From positions 25,038 through 89,037 of the forward strand of contig JANXYC010000160.1 of NCBI GenBank assembly GCA_025350305.1: 64,000 nucleotides of DNA. The letters are read 5' to 3'. A program made the position numbers and the translations under genes. Below, piece after piece: positions 40,164 to 50,145 of this stretch. This DNA comes from Cyclobacteriaceae bacterium. Its GTDB lineage: Bacteria; Bacteroidota; Bacteroidia; Cytophagales; Cyclobacteriaceae. Each line of letters opens with the position of its first letter. Positions within the stretch are counted from its first letter, which is position 1. The notes below the pieces were generated by a model. The model had not been told where the DNA came from and did no database searches. It saw only the letters and a program-made list of their open reading frames with translations.

Positions 40164-40254
40164 AGTCATAGCGCCGGGGCTCCATCAATTTCACCACCAG
40201 AAACAAACCAAAGGCAAGCGACAGGTATAGCATGTATTTCCAATCCCGCTTCAT
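40163..40254 (-). pseudogene. DUF4350-like gene, first about 30 codons only
   Basis: [30 protein letters not shown]; ATGA-coupled to the DUF4129 stop, at the expected operon position. Confidence 0.55.
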
Positions 40255-40500
40255 TCTAATTTTTTTCTCCAGTCGTTAAAAATCAATTGAACGCGCTGGT
40301 ACGTATTTTCATTCACCGTAAAATCTCCGTACCATGCGTAGTCAAAATAAAAACTCAATTCATTAAATCCTGTTTTAAGTTCCCCTTTCTGAAGTTCGTC
40401 CAGATAGTCATGATTGGTTTTGCCTGGTCGCCAGTCCAGGTGGTGCTTGTCTGCAAGCAATTTGAGTGAAAATAAAAACGTCAGGAGGAATATATTTTTG
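40251..40500 (-). pseudogene. DUF4129-like C-terminal fragment
   Basis: FLFSLKLLADKHHLDWRPGKTNHDYLDEL, FDYAWYGDF. Confidence 0.7.
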
Positions 40501-40938
40501 TGGGGTTTCCCAACTTGATATTTTCAAGGGTCATGTTTACGTAATGATCGCCGAGTATCAGGCGCACAAACGTATCGTCATATGCGGCTGATACGGCCCC
40601 AGGGCACCAGCGATCATGAAAATGATGAAGGCATAGAACAACGACTTGCGAGCTTCGTAGAGTACTGCCGGCAATTCGGTTTTCCAGAAGGTGATAAAAC
40701 GACTGGCCTCTTCCCGCTTATTCTTATAAATCTCTAAATGTATTTTGCCGGCAAGTGCGTTCAGGTATTGGGTGGTACGACTATTTAGATATTGTGTGCG
40801 TGAGAAGGAAAGATCATCCGTAATTTGAATAAAAAGTTCTGCCAGGTGATCGGGCTGCGCGGCTTGAGGCCGGTTGACAATTTTTTCAAATGCTTCCCAG
40901 CGTGGGCGGTTTCGTTGGATGAATGCAGCTTCGCGCAT
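40500..40938 (-). pseudogene. stage II sporulation protein M (SpoIIM/DUF95) family, N-terminal part only
   Basis: MREAAFIQRNRPRW, DDLSFSRTQY, then (after the poly-C indel at 40597-40600) DTFVRLILGDHYVNMTLENI. Confidence 0.85.
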
Positions 40939-41027
40939 GATTTAGTGCGATGATTTAGAATTATTTTAATCCGTTTTAAACCATTTTACAATTAACTGCT
41001 CTAAAGAGTAATTAAATCATTAAAAAT

Positions 41028-41930
41028 ATGAAAAACCAGAAAATATCGGGCATAAAGGCTATTATCACACTAGCGTGTTTTGTGACCATGAGTTCATTGC
41101 TATCCTCTTGCAATAAGACGACAGACCCGATTTCGGGAGAAGTTTTACAAACCGCCAACAATGATGCAGCAATGAATGTACAAACCAGTGAGGCGGAAGA
41201 TATTGCCACTAACCAATTAAATGTCACAGATCCATCAGGCCGTGAAGCTGCAGGGTTGGATGATGATCGATTGTCGTGTGCGACAATCACAAGATCTCCA
41301 AATTCAGACAAAAGTGCAGGTTCAGTCACGATTGATTTTGGAACGAGCTGTACGGATTCAAAAGGTAATGTCAGGAAAGGTAAGATCATGATTTCCTGGG
41401 CGGGCGGTCGTTGGTTTAATGCTGGCTCTACGCATACGATTACGTTTAGCGGATACAGTATCAACGATGTAAAATTCAGCGATTCGGATTCCCGAGCTGT
41501 AGGTAACATCAGCACACCGTCATCTCCTCTTACGTTCACGGTGGTAGCCACTCACAACTTAACCTGGCCGGATGCGACGACCGCTTCACTCAACTTACAT
41601 CATATAAGACAATGGATACGTTCTGCCAATTTCACAGATGATAAATTCATTATCAGTCAGACGCCCGGTGCGACCAGTGCTGCAAACGGTACAAACCGTC
41701 ACAATAAAACGTACAGTGTACAGATCACAGTCCCTTTGGAGTTTTCCCGTGCGTGCGCGATCAGCAATAAGGTATTCAAACCTGTGAAGGGTGTCAGGGT
41801 TATAACGTTCGACACCAATAAAACAGTAACCATTGATTTTGGAACGGGCACCTGCGACAATACATTTACAGTATCTACTGCCGGCCACACCAAAACGGTC
41901 ACTGCAAAAAATGACAGTTCGGGTGATTAA
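41028..41930 (+). CDS. hypothetical lipoprotein (beta-rich)
   Basis: Lipobox LSSC; repeated TIDFGTSC/TIDFGTGTCD motifs. Confidence 0.8.
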   Translation: MKNQKISGIKAIITLACFVTMSSLLSSCNKTTDPISGEVLQTANNDAAMNVQTSEAEDIATNQLNVTDPSGREAAGLDDDRLSCATITRSPNSDKSAGSVTIDFGTSCTDSKGNVRKGKIMISWAGGRWFNAGSTHTITFSGYSINDVKFSDSDSRAVGNISTPSSPLTFTVVATHNLTWPDATTASLNLHHIRQWIRSANFTDDKFIISQTPGATSAANGTNRHNKTYSVQITVPLEFSRACAISNKVFKPVKGVRVITFDTNKTVTIDFGTGTCDNTFTVSTAGHTKTVTAKNDSSGD

Positions 41931-41951
41931 CAAATAAGAATTCTAAGAGCC

Positions 41952-41988
41952 AACAAAAATAGCCTCGCTTTGCCAGGCTATTTTTGTT
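41952..41988. terminator. bidirectional intrinsic terminator
   Basis: aacaaaaatagcct ... aggctatttttgtt between convergent genes. Confidence 0.85.
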
Positions 41989-42018
41989 TCGCTTGCCGGT
42001 TTTGTCACCGAAATTCTT

Positions 42019-43263
42019 CTAACTTTTCTGAGCCATTGCTGCAACTTTCCTCCACACCCGAAAGACATTCCCTGAACAAACTTTTTCAATGTCACCTTCT
42101 GTATAGCCACGCTTGAGCAACACGTAGATCAAGTTCGGATATTGTGACACATCTTTTAGGCCGGTTGGAAGGCTGTCGCCAACACCGTCGTAGTCTGAAC
42201 CGATACCTACATGGTCAATGCCTGCCAGTTTTACGACATGATCAATGTGATTTGCCACGGTCTCAACATCGGCATACAAAGAGGGATTGTCTTTCTTGAA
42301 TTGGTCGAGAATGGGCTTAGCAAGTGAGTCAGTAATTCTTAGGTTTTTAGCAGCCAGGATTGCCTGAAGATTTTTCCTGTTTTCGTCATTTTGTTTTGCA
42401 ACCGTTGAGTCCAGAAAAGTAGAACCAAAGTTGATTTGAATAACGCCGCCGTTCGCACCCAGCTTCTTAATCATGTCATCACTCATATTTCGTTTGAAGG
42501 CAGGAGTGAAGTACCGGCAAGAAGAATGTGAAGCAATGCAAGGGACTTTTGTAGTGCGCATTACCTGATAGAACGTGCTGTCATCCACATGTGAAATGTC
42601 GACCATAATTCCGACACGGTTCATCTCGGTTACTACCTCCCGGCCAAAGGGACTCAGGCCATGCCAGGTGTGGGTGGTATCATAGGAGGAATCGCAGATT
42701 TGGTTGTCCTTGCCGTGCGTAAGTGTGATATAGCGAATGCCCCGGTCGTAAAAGTAGTTAACGTTTTTAATGTCATTGCCCACGGGCGCGCCATTCTCCA
42801 TTCCCATCGGTAAGGATATTTTACCTTCTTTGAAATTTTTCTCTACGTCTTCTACAGAATTGGCCAGGGCGAACTTGTCGGGAATATTCTCAGCGATGCC
42901 TCGGATCATATTGATGAGGGAATCGGCCAGGGCCTTCCCCTTGTCTGGAAGCAACTGATAGGAGGAGGGGATATATATGGACATGAACGGAGCATCGAGG
43001 CCGCCTTTTCGGGCGCGCTCATAGTCAAAGTCGCCTTCTGTAGTCTTGATGGGAATACCCATGTATTCGCGGTCCACACGAAAATTTTTGATCTTCAGCC
43101 GATAGGGCAGGTCAACGTGCCCATCGGTGATGATGTATTTATGGGCGAGCTCGTCAGCATAAGCACGAAGTTGGTCGTCGTTCATGCGTTCGACCGGCTT
43201 TTTCTCTGAACAGGAGAAAAGTAACAAAACAAGGAGGATGCAAAGCTTAGTATGGAATTTCAT
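42019..43263 (-). CDS. membrane dipeptidase (peptidase M19)
   Basis: DGHVDLP, MGMENG, YITLTH, VDISH, HVGIGSDYDG. Confidence 0.93.
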   Translation of the reverse strand: MKFHTKLCILLVLLLFSCSEKKPVERMNDDQLRAYADELAHKYIITDGHVDLPYRLKIKNFRVDREYMGIPIKTTEGDFDYERARKGGLDAPFMSIYIPSSYQLLPDKGKALADSLINMIRGIAENIPDKFALANSVEDVEKNFKEGKISLPMGMENGAPVGNDIKNVNYFYDRGIRYITLTHGKDNQICDSSYDTTHTWHGLSPFGREVVTEMNRVGIMVDISHVDDSTFYQVMRTTKVPCIASHSSCRYFTPAFKRNMSDDMIKKLGANGGVIQINFGSTFLDSTVAKQNDENRKNLQAILAAKNLRITDSLAKPILDQFKKDNPSLYADVETVANHIDHVVKLAGIDHVGIGSDYDGVGDSLPTGLKDVSQYPNLIYVLLKRGYTEGDIEKVCSGNVFRVWRKVAAMAQKS

Positions 43264-43450
43264 ATTTATAAATTAGGTTACTTAAATGTTATCTACTATC
43301 TCCGTCACTTGGTTTCTTTGCTATGGAAACTAATGAGGGATTTCATAGGTTTGGGTTTACGACTGAAAGATAAAGATTTCATCTATTAATCAGCCCTTTA
43401 AAGTAGCATGAAACCATAAAATCAGGACTTGAAAAATTGAATGAAAAGGA

Positions 43451-44158
43451 ATGCAAGTTCATGTCCGTACCACCCAAAACGTTTTTATCGACCACCCGAT
43501 GGCCAGTCTGGGCGATCGCATCGTGGCGTACCTGATCGACTTAGTGATATTGGTGGTATTCCTTATCACCATGCTGGCCCTTTACCTCAACCTTCGAATG
43601 CAAATCGCTTGGGTGTGGATTGTTACGGTAGGAGCTCCTCTGCTTTTGTATCATCTTATTTTTGAAATTTTCATGAATGGCCAAAGTCCCGGCAAACGGC
43701 TCATGAATATTAAGGTAGTCCGGTTGGATGGCACACCGGCCACCGTGGGTGATTATATTCTTCGTTGGCTCTTTGCGTTTGTCGAGATACAGCTTTTTTC
43801 CGGACTCATAGCCGTCCTCTGCATTGCCATTGGAGAAAAGGGGCAACGGCTGGGCGATTTAGTGGCCGGAACAACAGTTGTAAAATTAGTCGAGCCGGCC
43901 AAGGTTACTGCATCCGAAATATTCGTTCCTCAGGAAGTCGGCTATACAACGGTATTTCCTCAAGTGGTTCAATTGACTGAAAACGATATTGAATTGGTCC
44001 GGCGGGCCCTGGAAGTGAATCGGGAGTCGGATAACTCGAAACCGGTATTGGCCATAACCGAAAAAATAAAATCACTCATGGGCATCCAAACGGATCTGCC
44101 GCCGGTGAAGTTTTTATACACTGTCATTAAGGACTTTCAGCACCTGACGTCAAAATGA
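43451..44158 (+). CDS. RDD family protein
   Basis: ASLGDRIVAYLID, GQSPGKRLMNIKVV, QRLGDLVAGTTVV. Confidence 0.9.
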   Translation: MQVHVRTTQNVFIDHPMASLGDRIVAYLIDLVILVVFLITMLALYLNLRMQIAWVWIVTVGAPLLLYHLIFEIFMNGQSPGKRLMNIKVVRLDGTPATVGDYILRWLFAFVEIQLFSGLIAVLCIAIGEKGQRLGDLVAGTTVVKLVEPAKVTASEIFVPQEVGYTTVFPQVVQLTENDIELVRRALEVNRESDNSKPVLAITEKIKSLMGIQTDLPPVKFLYTVIKDFQHLTSK

Positions 44159-44394
44159 AGAATGAGCTGCAAATAATCACGCTTGCTCAGTTGGCTTTAC
44201 GCAACGGACAAGATAAACCGGAAGTGTGGATTGCTTTCAAAGGACAAGTCTTTGATGTCTCTCATTCTCGTCTTTGGCGTCAGGGCAAGCATTACGAACA
44301 TTGGGCTGGACAGGATCTGACAGAAGAATTGAAAGATGCACCGCACACCGACGAAGTTTTTAGTAGATTTAAAGTAATTGGAAAGTTAGTGTGA
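44155..44394 (+). CDS. cytochrome b5-like heme/steroid-binding protein
   Basis: VWIAFKGQVFDVS, HWAGQDLTEELKDAPH. Confidence 0.88.
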   Translation: MKNELQIITLAQLALRNGQDKPEVWIAFKGQVFDVSHSRLWRQGKHYEHWAGQDLTEELKDAPHTDEVFSRFKVIGKLV

Positions 44395-44414
44395 AGAGTA
44401 AGACTCATTAATAT

Positions 44415-44502
44415 GGGCATCTCTAAAAACTCCTTGTACCCTTCTCTTCCGGAGAAGGGTGACGGGTTGAGGCCATAAAAGGCAAGGTTTTTAGAGATGC
44501 CC
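44415..44502. mobile_element. 88-bp palindromic MITE-like element, copy 1
   Basis: 16-bp TIR gggcatctctaaaaac / gtttttagagatgccc; internal hairpin acccttctc..gagaagggt; 86/88 identical to 60923-61010. Confidence 0.8.
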
Positions 44503-44526
44503 ATATTTTAAAATATAGAAAGAATA

Positions 44527-45375
44527 ATGATCATCATTGCCGATAGTGGAAGTTCAAAAATCGACTGGCGGTTGCTTAAAACCGATGAACGTATTCTGCA
44601 AGCCAATTGTCCCGGTTTTAATCCTTATTATCAGCCAATTGAAGATTTGAAGAGAAATATTCGTGAGACGCTTGTTCCCATTGTAGCCGAGAGAGTAACG
44701 AAGATATTTTTTTATGGCACCGGTGTGTCATCTCAGAAAAATCAGGATGTGGTGCGAGGAGCTTTTCTGGAATTCTTTCCAGGATCAACCGTAGAAATAG
44801 AATGGGACTTGTTAGCCGCTGCACGAGCACTCTGTGGTCATGAGGCAGGCATTGCCTGCATTCTCGGAACAGGTTCCAACTCATGTTTGTATGATGGCAG
44901 AAAAATTACAACCCAGGTTGCCAACCTGGGTTGGATTCTGGCGGATGAAGGTTCGGGTACCAGTATCGGTAAAAAGTTTTTGATTGATTATTTGAGGAAA
45001 AAAATGCCAGACACGCTGGCCGCTCAATTCCACCAGCGTTTCCCATTCACACGGGAAGAGTTCCTGGAGAAAATTTACCAACTTGAAAAACCCAGCACTT
45101 TCCTGGCGACTTTTTCAAAATTTATTTTTCAGCACCTGAAGGAACCATATTGTTATCGGTTGGTGTATGAAAGTTTTTCGGAGTTTTATGAGAATAACGT
45201 GATGAAGTATGAAGGGTATAAAAACCAGAAAGTGCATTTTGTGGGCTCCATTGCATTTTACTATAGTGATTTGTTAAGGCAAGTTGCGAATGACAAGGGT
45301 ATTGCCGTAAAGAATATCCTGGAAAGCCCGATCGCGGGATTGACGCTTTATCATCAAAGAGAGGCGCTCTCTTGA
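44527..45375 (+). CDS. BadF/BadG/BcrA/BcrD-family sugar kinase (N-acetylglucosamine/MurNAc kinase-like)
   Basis: IIADSGSSKIDW, ILGTGSNS, LADEGSG, FVGSIA; adjacent to murQ. Confidence 0.85.
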   Translation: MIIIADSGSSKIDWRLLKTDERILQANCPGFNPYYQPIEDLKRNIRETLVPIVAERVTKIFFYGTGVSSQKNQDVVRGAFLEFFPGSTVEIEWDLLAAARALCGHEAGIACILGTGSNSCLYDGRKITTQVANLGWILADEGSGTSIGKKFLIDYLRKKMPDTLAAQFHQRFPFTREEFLEKIYQLEKPSTFLATFSKFIFQHLKEPYCYRLVYESFSEFYENNVMKYEGYKNQKVHFVGSIAFYYSDLLRQVANDKGIAVKNILESPIAGLTLYHQREALS

Positions 45376-45418
45376 ATATTGAATGAAGAATCCCGAATTT
45401 TGAAATAAATAAATTGTT

Positions 45419-46219
45419 TTGACGACAACGGAGACATCCTCTTACTATGATCATCTGGAAAAGATGAGTATCCATGATTTACTGGTCAATATCAATCGTG
45501 AGGATAAAACCGTGGCGCTGGCAATAGAAAAAATCATCCCTGGGATTGAGGCGCTGGTGAAGGTGATTGTTAAAAAAATGAAATTGGAAGGACGGTTATT
45601 TTATATCGGGGCGGGGACAAGCGGCCGTCTGGGAATTGTAGATGCATCGGAAATTCCGCCGACCTATGGGATGCCACACGGAAAAGTTATCGGGTTGATC
45701 GCGGGAGGTGATACTGCTATCCGGCAGGCGGTGGAACATGCAGAAGATGATCCGGTCCAAGCGTGGAAGGATCTTGAAAAGTTTTCAATCAATTCAAATG
45801 ATGTCCTGATTGGCATTGCCGCATCGGGGCGTACACCGTATGTAATTGGCGGTATGAAAGACGCGCATCTTCATAAAATCACCACGGGATGCATCACGTG
45901 TAATGGAGGGACCGCCCTGGCGGCAAATGTGGACTATCCCATTGAGATAGTCGTGGGGCCGGAATTTGTGACGGGGTCTACACGAATGAAAGCAGGCACG
46001 GCACAAAAACTGGTGTTGAACATGATCTCAACCGCTGTTATGGTCCACCTGGGTCGTGTGAAGGGCAATAAAATGGTAGACATGCAGCTTACCAACAACA
46101 AACTTCTCCTCCGCGGTACACGTATGATCATGGATGAATTAGGTGTCAATGAGCAAGAGGCTGCGAAACTGCTGAAGGAGTTTGGGTCAGTGCGAAAAGC
46201 AATCACCGGTAAACGGTAA
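45419..46219 (+). CDS. murQ: N-acetylmuramic acid 6-phosphate etherase
   Basis: YIGAGTSGRLGIVDASEIPPTYG, GPEFVTGSTRMKAGTAQK. Confidence 0.95.
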   Translation: MTTTETSSYYDHLEKMSIHDLLVNINREDKTVALAIEKIIPGIEALVKVIVKKMKLEGRLFYIGAGTSGRLGIVDASEIPPTYGMPHGKVIGLIAGGDTAIRQAVEHAEDDPVQAWKDLEKFSINSNDVLIGIAASGRTPYVIGGMKDAHLHKITTGCITCNGGTALAANVDYPIEIVVGPEFVTGSTRMKAGTAQKLVLNMISTAVMVHLGRVKGNKMVDMQLTNNKLLLRGTRMIMDELGVNEQEAAKLLKEFGSVRKAITGKR

Positions 46220-46600
46220 TGCACGAAATTGAGCCGTATTATAACTGGCTGAAGTATTACGACTCCTCTTTCGATGAGCGCTCACCGTTCTTCGGAAAGG
46301 AGTACAACCACGACCTCTTTCAGGATACGATCTATGGTTATTATATCCACCCCGCCTGGGACTCATTTGAATCAGAAACACTTTATTTGAAGATTCTGGT
46401 TTGAAGAAATAGAGGATCACCTGGGTTGGATTGCTGCCGTTAGCTTTCCGGTATTTATCCAGGACGAGCAACGCAAGTTTGGGATCGACCACTATGTGAA
46501 CATGGGCGGAACGCTGCAGATCGAACATTGGCGCACACTCCATCCGCAGCGCTTTTATGAATTAGTAAATTCTTTAATTCAAAAAAGGATAGGTTCTTGA
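46219..46600 (+). pseudogene. conserved Bacteroidota hypothetical gene with an apparent internal deletion and frameshift at about 46398
   Basis: MHEIEPYYNW...LYLKIL joins WFEEIEDHLGWIAAV...KRIGS* in another frame. Confidence 0.6.
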
Positions 46601-46673
46601 GGAGGTAATCGGTGATCGGTAATCAGGGTAACCGGTTCGCATCGATTCGCAAATCGTTTGAATAATAAACGAT

Positions 46674-47306
46674 TTAGGGTGAGGTAAGAAAACTCAACTG
46701 GGCACTCTCCACCGGTACATCAACAGGCACCAGAAAATTTTTTTTCGTTTTAAGTTCACGGCAAAGGACACGCGTCCTTTTCAACTTGCCCTTCGTAAAC
46801 CACCGGCCATGCAGGCCGAAGATGCTTCCTTCTGGAATTTCAGAAAGAAGGGTTGCTGATTTTTGTCGTTCATCATATTGTCGGAGCGCGTGGGTAAGCT
46901 TTGTATCAGAAAAACTGGAAGCCTTCGGCTGGATCATGTGATTTTTTAGTACTTGAAGTAGGTCCGCAGGAAAAATTTCTTCTTTCATCAAGGGGGACAT
47001 GAGTTGCCGAAACGTTTCCTTCCATAGCGAGCCGTGTGCTTCTGGTTTCCATCCATGGGTTTGATGCACCACCAGATGAGCAACTTCATGAACATACGTG
47101 AGCAAAAAAAGATACGGAGGGCTGTCATGGTTAATCGTGATACGGGGTGTTCTGCCCGGATGACAGGTGTAGTCACCTACTTTGGATATTCTTTTTTTTC
47201 GAAGCCTGAAATCGAAGGAGTGCTCTTGCCATAATTGAAAGCAATACGGCAGGCCGGTAGGAGGCACATGGTTTTCCAACAAGGAGTAGATGTGGACAGG
47301 ATTCAT
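46674..47306 (-). CDS. SprT-like zinc metalloprotease domain protein
   Basis: RISKVGDY, TYVHEVAH (HExxH), HGSLWK. Confidence 0.85.
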   Translation of the reverse strand: MNPVHIYSLLENHVPPTGLPYCFQLWQEHSFDFRLRKKRISKVGDYTCHPGRTPRITINHDSPPYLFLLTYVHEVAHLVVHQTHGWKPEAHGSLWKETFRQLMSPLMKEEIFPADLLQVLKNHMIQPKASSFSDTKLTHALRQYDERQKSATLLSEIPEGSIFGLHGRWFTKGKLKRTRVLCRELKTKKNFLVPVDVPVESAQLSFLTSP

Positions 47307-47313
47307 TTGGACA

Positions 47314-47343
47314 TAAAAAAAGGCTTTAGATGCTAAAGCCTTT
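47314..47343 (-). terminator. intrinsic terminator after the small lipoprotein gene
   Basis: Minus strand aaaggctttag-cat-ctaaagccttt followed by a T run. Confidence 0.8.
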
Positions 47344-47369
47344 CCCGGGAAAATCTCTTCGCCAAGAGT

Positions 47370-47609
47370 TTACTTCTTCTTTTTAGGCATAGCTGCAGCA
47401 ATTGAGTCAGCCTTTACGGTAGAGTCTGCTTTTGCTTTTGCCTTGGCGGTCGCGGCTGCCATCTCTGCATCTGCACGGGCGATAGAATCGGCAGTAACAG
47501 TTGAGTCAGCTTTCCTTTTAGCAGCTGCTTCTTCCTTAGCCTTGTTGCCACAAGCAACAAATGCTAATGCGAAAGCCGATACCAAAATCAGTCCAAATAC
47601 TTTTTTCAT
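47370..47609 (-). CDS. small Ala/Lys-rich lipoprotein
   Basis: MKKVFGLILVSAFALAFVACG lipobox; ADS repeats; TATATTTG at 47636-47643 upstream. Confidence 0.8.
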   Translation of the reverse strand: MKKVFGLILVSAFALAFVACGNKAKEEAAAKRKADSTVTADSIARADAEMAAATAKAKAKADSTVKADSIAAAMPKKKK

Positions 47610-47734
47610 AGTTTACAGGTTTTAAAATTCGGACGCAAATATACAAGATAAGGCCGATTTTAAGGTATCACTCAATAAAATTTTGGTTTTTATTAAAAAA
47701 CCGCCTTAAAAATTACCTAAAAACCCTTGGGAGC

Positions 47735-49042
47735 TTATTTTTTTCTAAAAAAGAGGCGTACAGGCACACCGGTAAAGTCAAAGTTTTCGCGAAGCCTGTT
47801 TTCCAGGAAGCGTTGATACGACTCCTGGATGTATTGGGGAAGATTACAAAAAAATGCAAACGTTGGCGTAGCGGCATTTACCTGAGTAATATATTTAATC
47901 TGAATATGCTTGCCTTTGATGGCAGGAGGTGGATAATGAACAATTTCAGGAAGTAAGGCGTCATTCAGTGCCGAAGTAGGTACCTTTTTAATCTTGTTTG
48001 CATACACTTCTACCGCTTTTTCCACGACCTGGAAGATTCGTTGCTTTTGTAGCGCAGAGGCAAAGATGATGGGCACATAGTCAATCGGGGCCAGGCTTTC
48101 GAGCATTTCCTTCCTGATCTTGTCAGCTGTTTTGCTGTCTTTCTCCATGAGATCCCACTTGTTCACCATGATCACGATGCCCTTGCCTTGTTTCTGGGCA
48201 AGGGCAATGATACTCACATCCTGTGATTCTAATCCGCGTTGGGCGTCAATCACAACAATGCACACATCGCATTCTTCCAGTGCACGAAGCGATCGCAGGA
48301 CAGAATAAAATTCAATGTCTTCATGGACCTTGCTTCTTTTGCGAATACCCGCTGTATCGATTAGGATAAAATCGTTTCCAAACATTTTATAACGCGAATG
48401 AATCGCGTCGCGGGTGGTGCCGGCTTCGTCAGTTACGATGCTTCGTTCCTGACCGAGCAGTACATTCAGGAGCGACGATTTACCCACATTCGGCCGGCCG
48501 AGGATGGCAATCTTAGGAATGCCTGCATTGGGATCCTCTGCATCAACAACCTCAAAAACTTTTACCAGGTCGTCTAACAACTCACCGGTGCCGCCACCAT
48601 TCTCAGCGGAGATGGGATATACTTCACCCATACCGAGCGCATAAAACTCACTCGTGAGCATCGACTTGTCGGGAGTGTCGGCTTTGTTGGCGGCGATGAA
48701 GACCGGTTTTTTTGATTTGCGAATGATGTTGGCAAATTCCTTGTCATAACCGGTGAGGCCATCCCGGCAATCGACCATGAAAATAACGGCCGTTGCTTCT
48801 CCGATGGCAAGTTCTACCTGTCTGCGTATCTGTGATTCGAATTTGTCGTCAGAACCAGTGACATAGCCGCCGGTGTCAATAACGGTAAAAAACTTGCCGA
48901 TCCACTCTGCGTAGCCATAGTGACGGTCACGCGTAACGCCCGGCATGTCGTCCATGATGGCATCGCGTCGTTCAACCAGCCGGTTGAAAAAGGTTGACTT
49001 GCCCACATTGGGCCTTCCTACGATCGCTATGATATTGGCCAT
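47735..49042 (-). CDS. der: ribosome biogenesis GTPase Der (EngA)
   Basis: Two GRPNVGKS G1 motifs, DTGG and DTAG; TACCTTTG promoter motif at 49060-49067. Confidence 0.97.
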   Translation of the reverse strand: MANIIAIVGRPNVGKSTFFNRLVERRDAIMDDMPGVTRDRHYGYAEWIGKFFTVIDTGGYVTGSDDKFESQIRRQVELAIGEATAVIFMVDCRDGLTGYDKEFANIIRKSKKPVFIAANKADTPDKSMLTSEFYALGMGEVYPISAENGGGTGELLDDLVKVFEVVDAEDPNAGIPKIAILGRPNVGKSSLLNVLLGQERSIVTDEAGTTRDAIHSRYKMFGNDFILIDTAGIRKRSKVHEDIEFYSVLRSLRALEECDVCIVVIDAQRGLESQDVSIIALAQKQGKGIVIMVNKWDLMEKDSKTADKIRKEMLESLAPIDYVPIIFASALQKQRIFQVVEKAVEVYANKIKKVPTSALNDALLPEIVHYPPPAIKGKHIQIKYITQVNAATPTFAFFCNLPQYIQESYQRFLENRLRENFDFTGVPVRLFFRKK

Positions 49043-49398
49043 CTAACACTAAAAGTTTGCAAAGGTAGTCTAAAGTCCATGAATTGGATTCGTTAATTTA
49101 TCAGGATTTTAAAACGACCCTGAAACCTCCATTGACATAAGGCTTTCAGCAAGCTCGCACGAGTAAGACCAACGCGTGTCAACTATGAAAACGGTTTTGT
49201 TATTTTTTCGCCGCTAACTTTTCTATTTCTGTTTTACCATTTTTGATTCTTCCCAATTATCGCTTTACACGCAGGTGAACTTTCCAGGCCGCCATAGCGT
49301 GTGGGCGGGGTTAATTTTGTTAGGAATTTCGTTGTTAAGTGTATCAGAATTTCTACTTATCAATCCAAATCATTTAACTTTAAACAACAAAAGACTTA

Positions 49399-50127
49399 GT
49401 GAAAATGAGCGACAAACCTTTGAATCAAAAACTATGGCCCCTTTTGGTAAGCCTGGGAAGTGCCGGGGTGATGATACTTGCTTTTTTTATCCCTTCCATA
49501 CAAGACCAATGGGACCGCTACCAAGCTAGAAATGTAATTGAACGCTATGAGGAATTGGGCAATGAATTCTTTGAAGAAGAAAGATATGAAATGGCTGAAA
49601 AGTCGTATGCAAAAGCCTTTGAACTTTCGGAGCAAAAGCGAATCGACATAGAAATGAAGCGGTTGAACGCCAGGATTAATAGCATCCATACCGACCCAGA
49701 CTGGGGAGCCAGGTCACCCGAAGGTATCGAGGATATCGATTTTCAAATGTTACTTCACATGCAAAAGGGGAAGGAGCATAAGAATAACCGTGTCTCCACC
49801 CTAACGAGCTATGGTGTGTTCCTCGCCAGCCTGAATAGGACCAAAGAAGCAGAGGAGGCTTTTAAAGAGGCCATTCAACTTGACTCCACCGATGCACTGA
49901 CTTTAACTAATTTAGGAAATTTGTTCGATCAACAAGGCAAGAAAAATGAGGCTGAACAAGCTTATGTAAAGGCAATTTCGTTGGACCCATCCAACGCAGA
50001 AGCGCATTACAACTTAGCATTGCTCTATTTAGAACTTGGATTGGAAGAAAAAGCGAGGATTGAATTTGATAAAGCAGCCGAACTAAAACCACACCTTTCC
50101 ATGCCCACAAAAAAAACAATTCAGTAA
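49399..50127 (+). CDS. membrane-anchored TPR protein
   Basis: N-terminal TM; TPR repeats (EAFKEAIQLD, AYVKAISLDP, AHYNLA). Confidence 0.8.
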   Translation: MKMSDKPLNQKLWPLLVSLGSAGVMILAFFIPSIQDQWDRYQARNVIERYEELGNEFFEEERYEMAEKSYAKAFELSEQKRIDIEMKRLNARINSIHTDPDWGARSPEGIEDIDFQMLLHMQKGKEHKNNRVSTLTSYGVFLASLNRTKEAEEAFKEAIQLDSTDALTLTNLGNLFDQQGKKNEAEQAYVKAISLDPSNAEAHYNLALLYLELGLEEKARIEFDKAAELKPHLSMPTKKTIQ

Positions 50128-50145
50128 TAAACATAAAGAAAAGAC

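Noticed and set aside
49150-49185. Further family-C REP (accaacgcg)
   Set aside because: Only a 9-nt match with no complementary arm.
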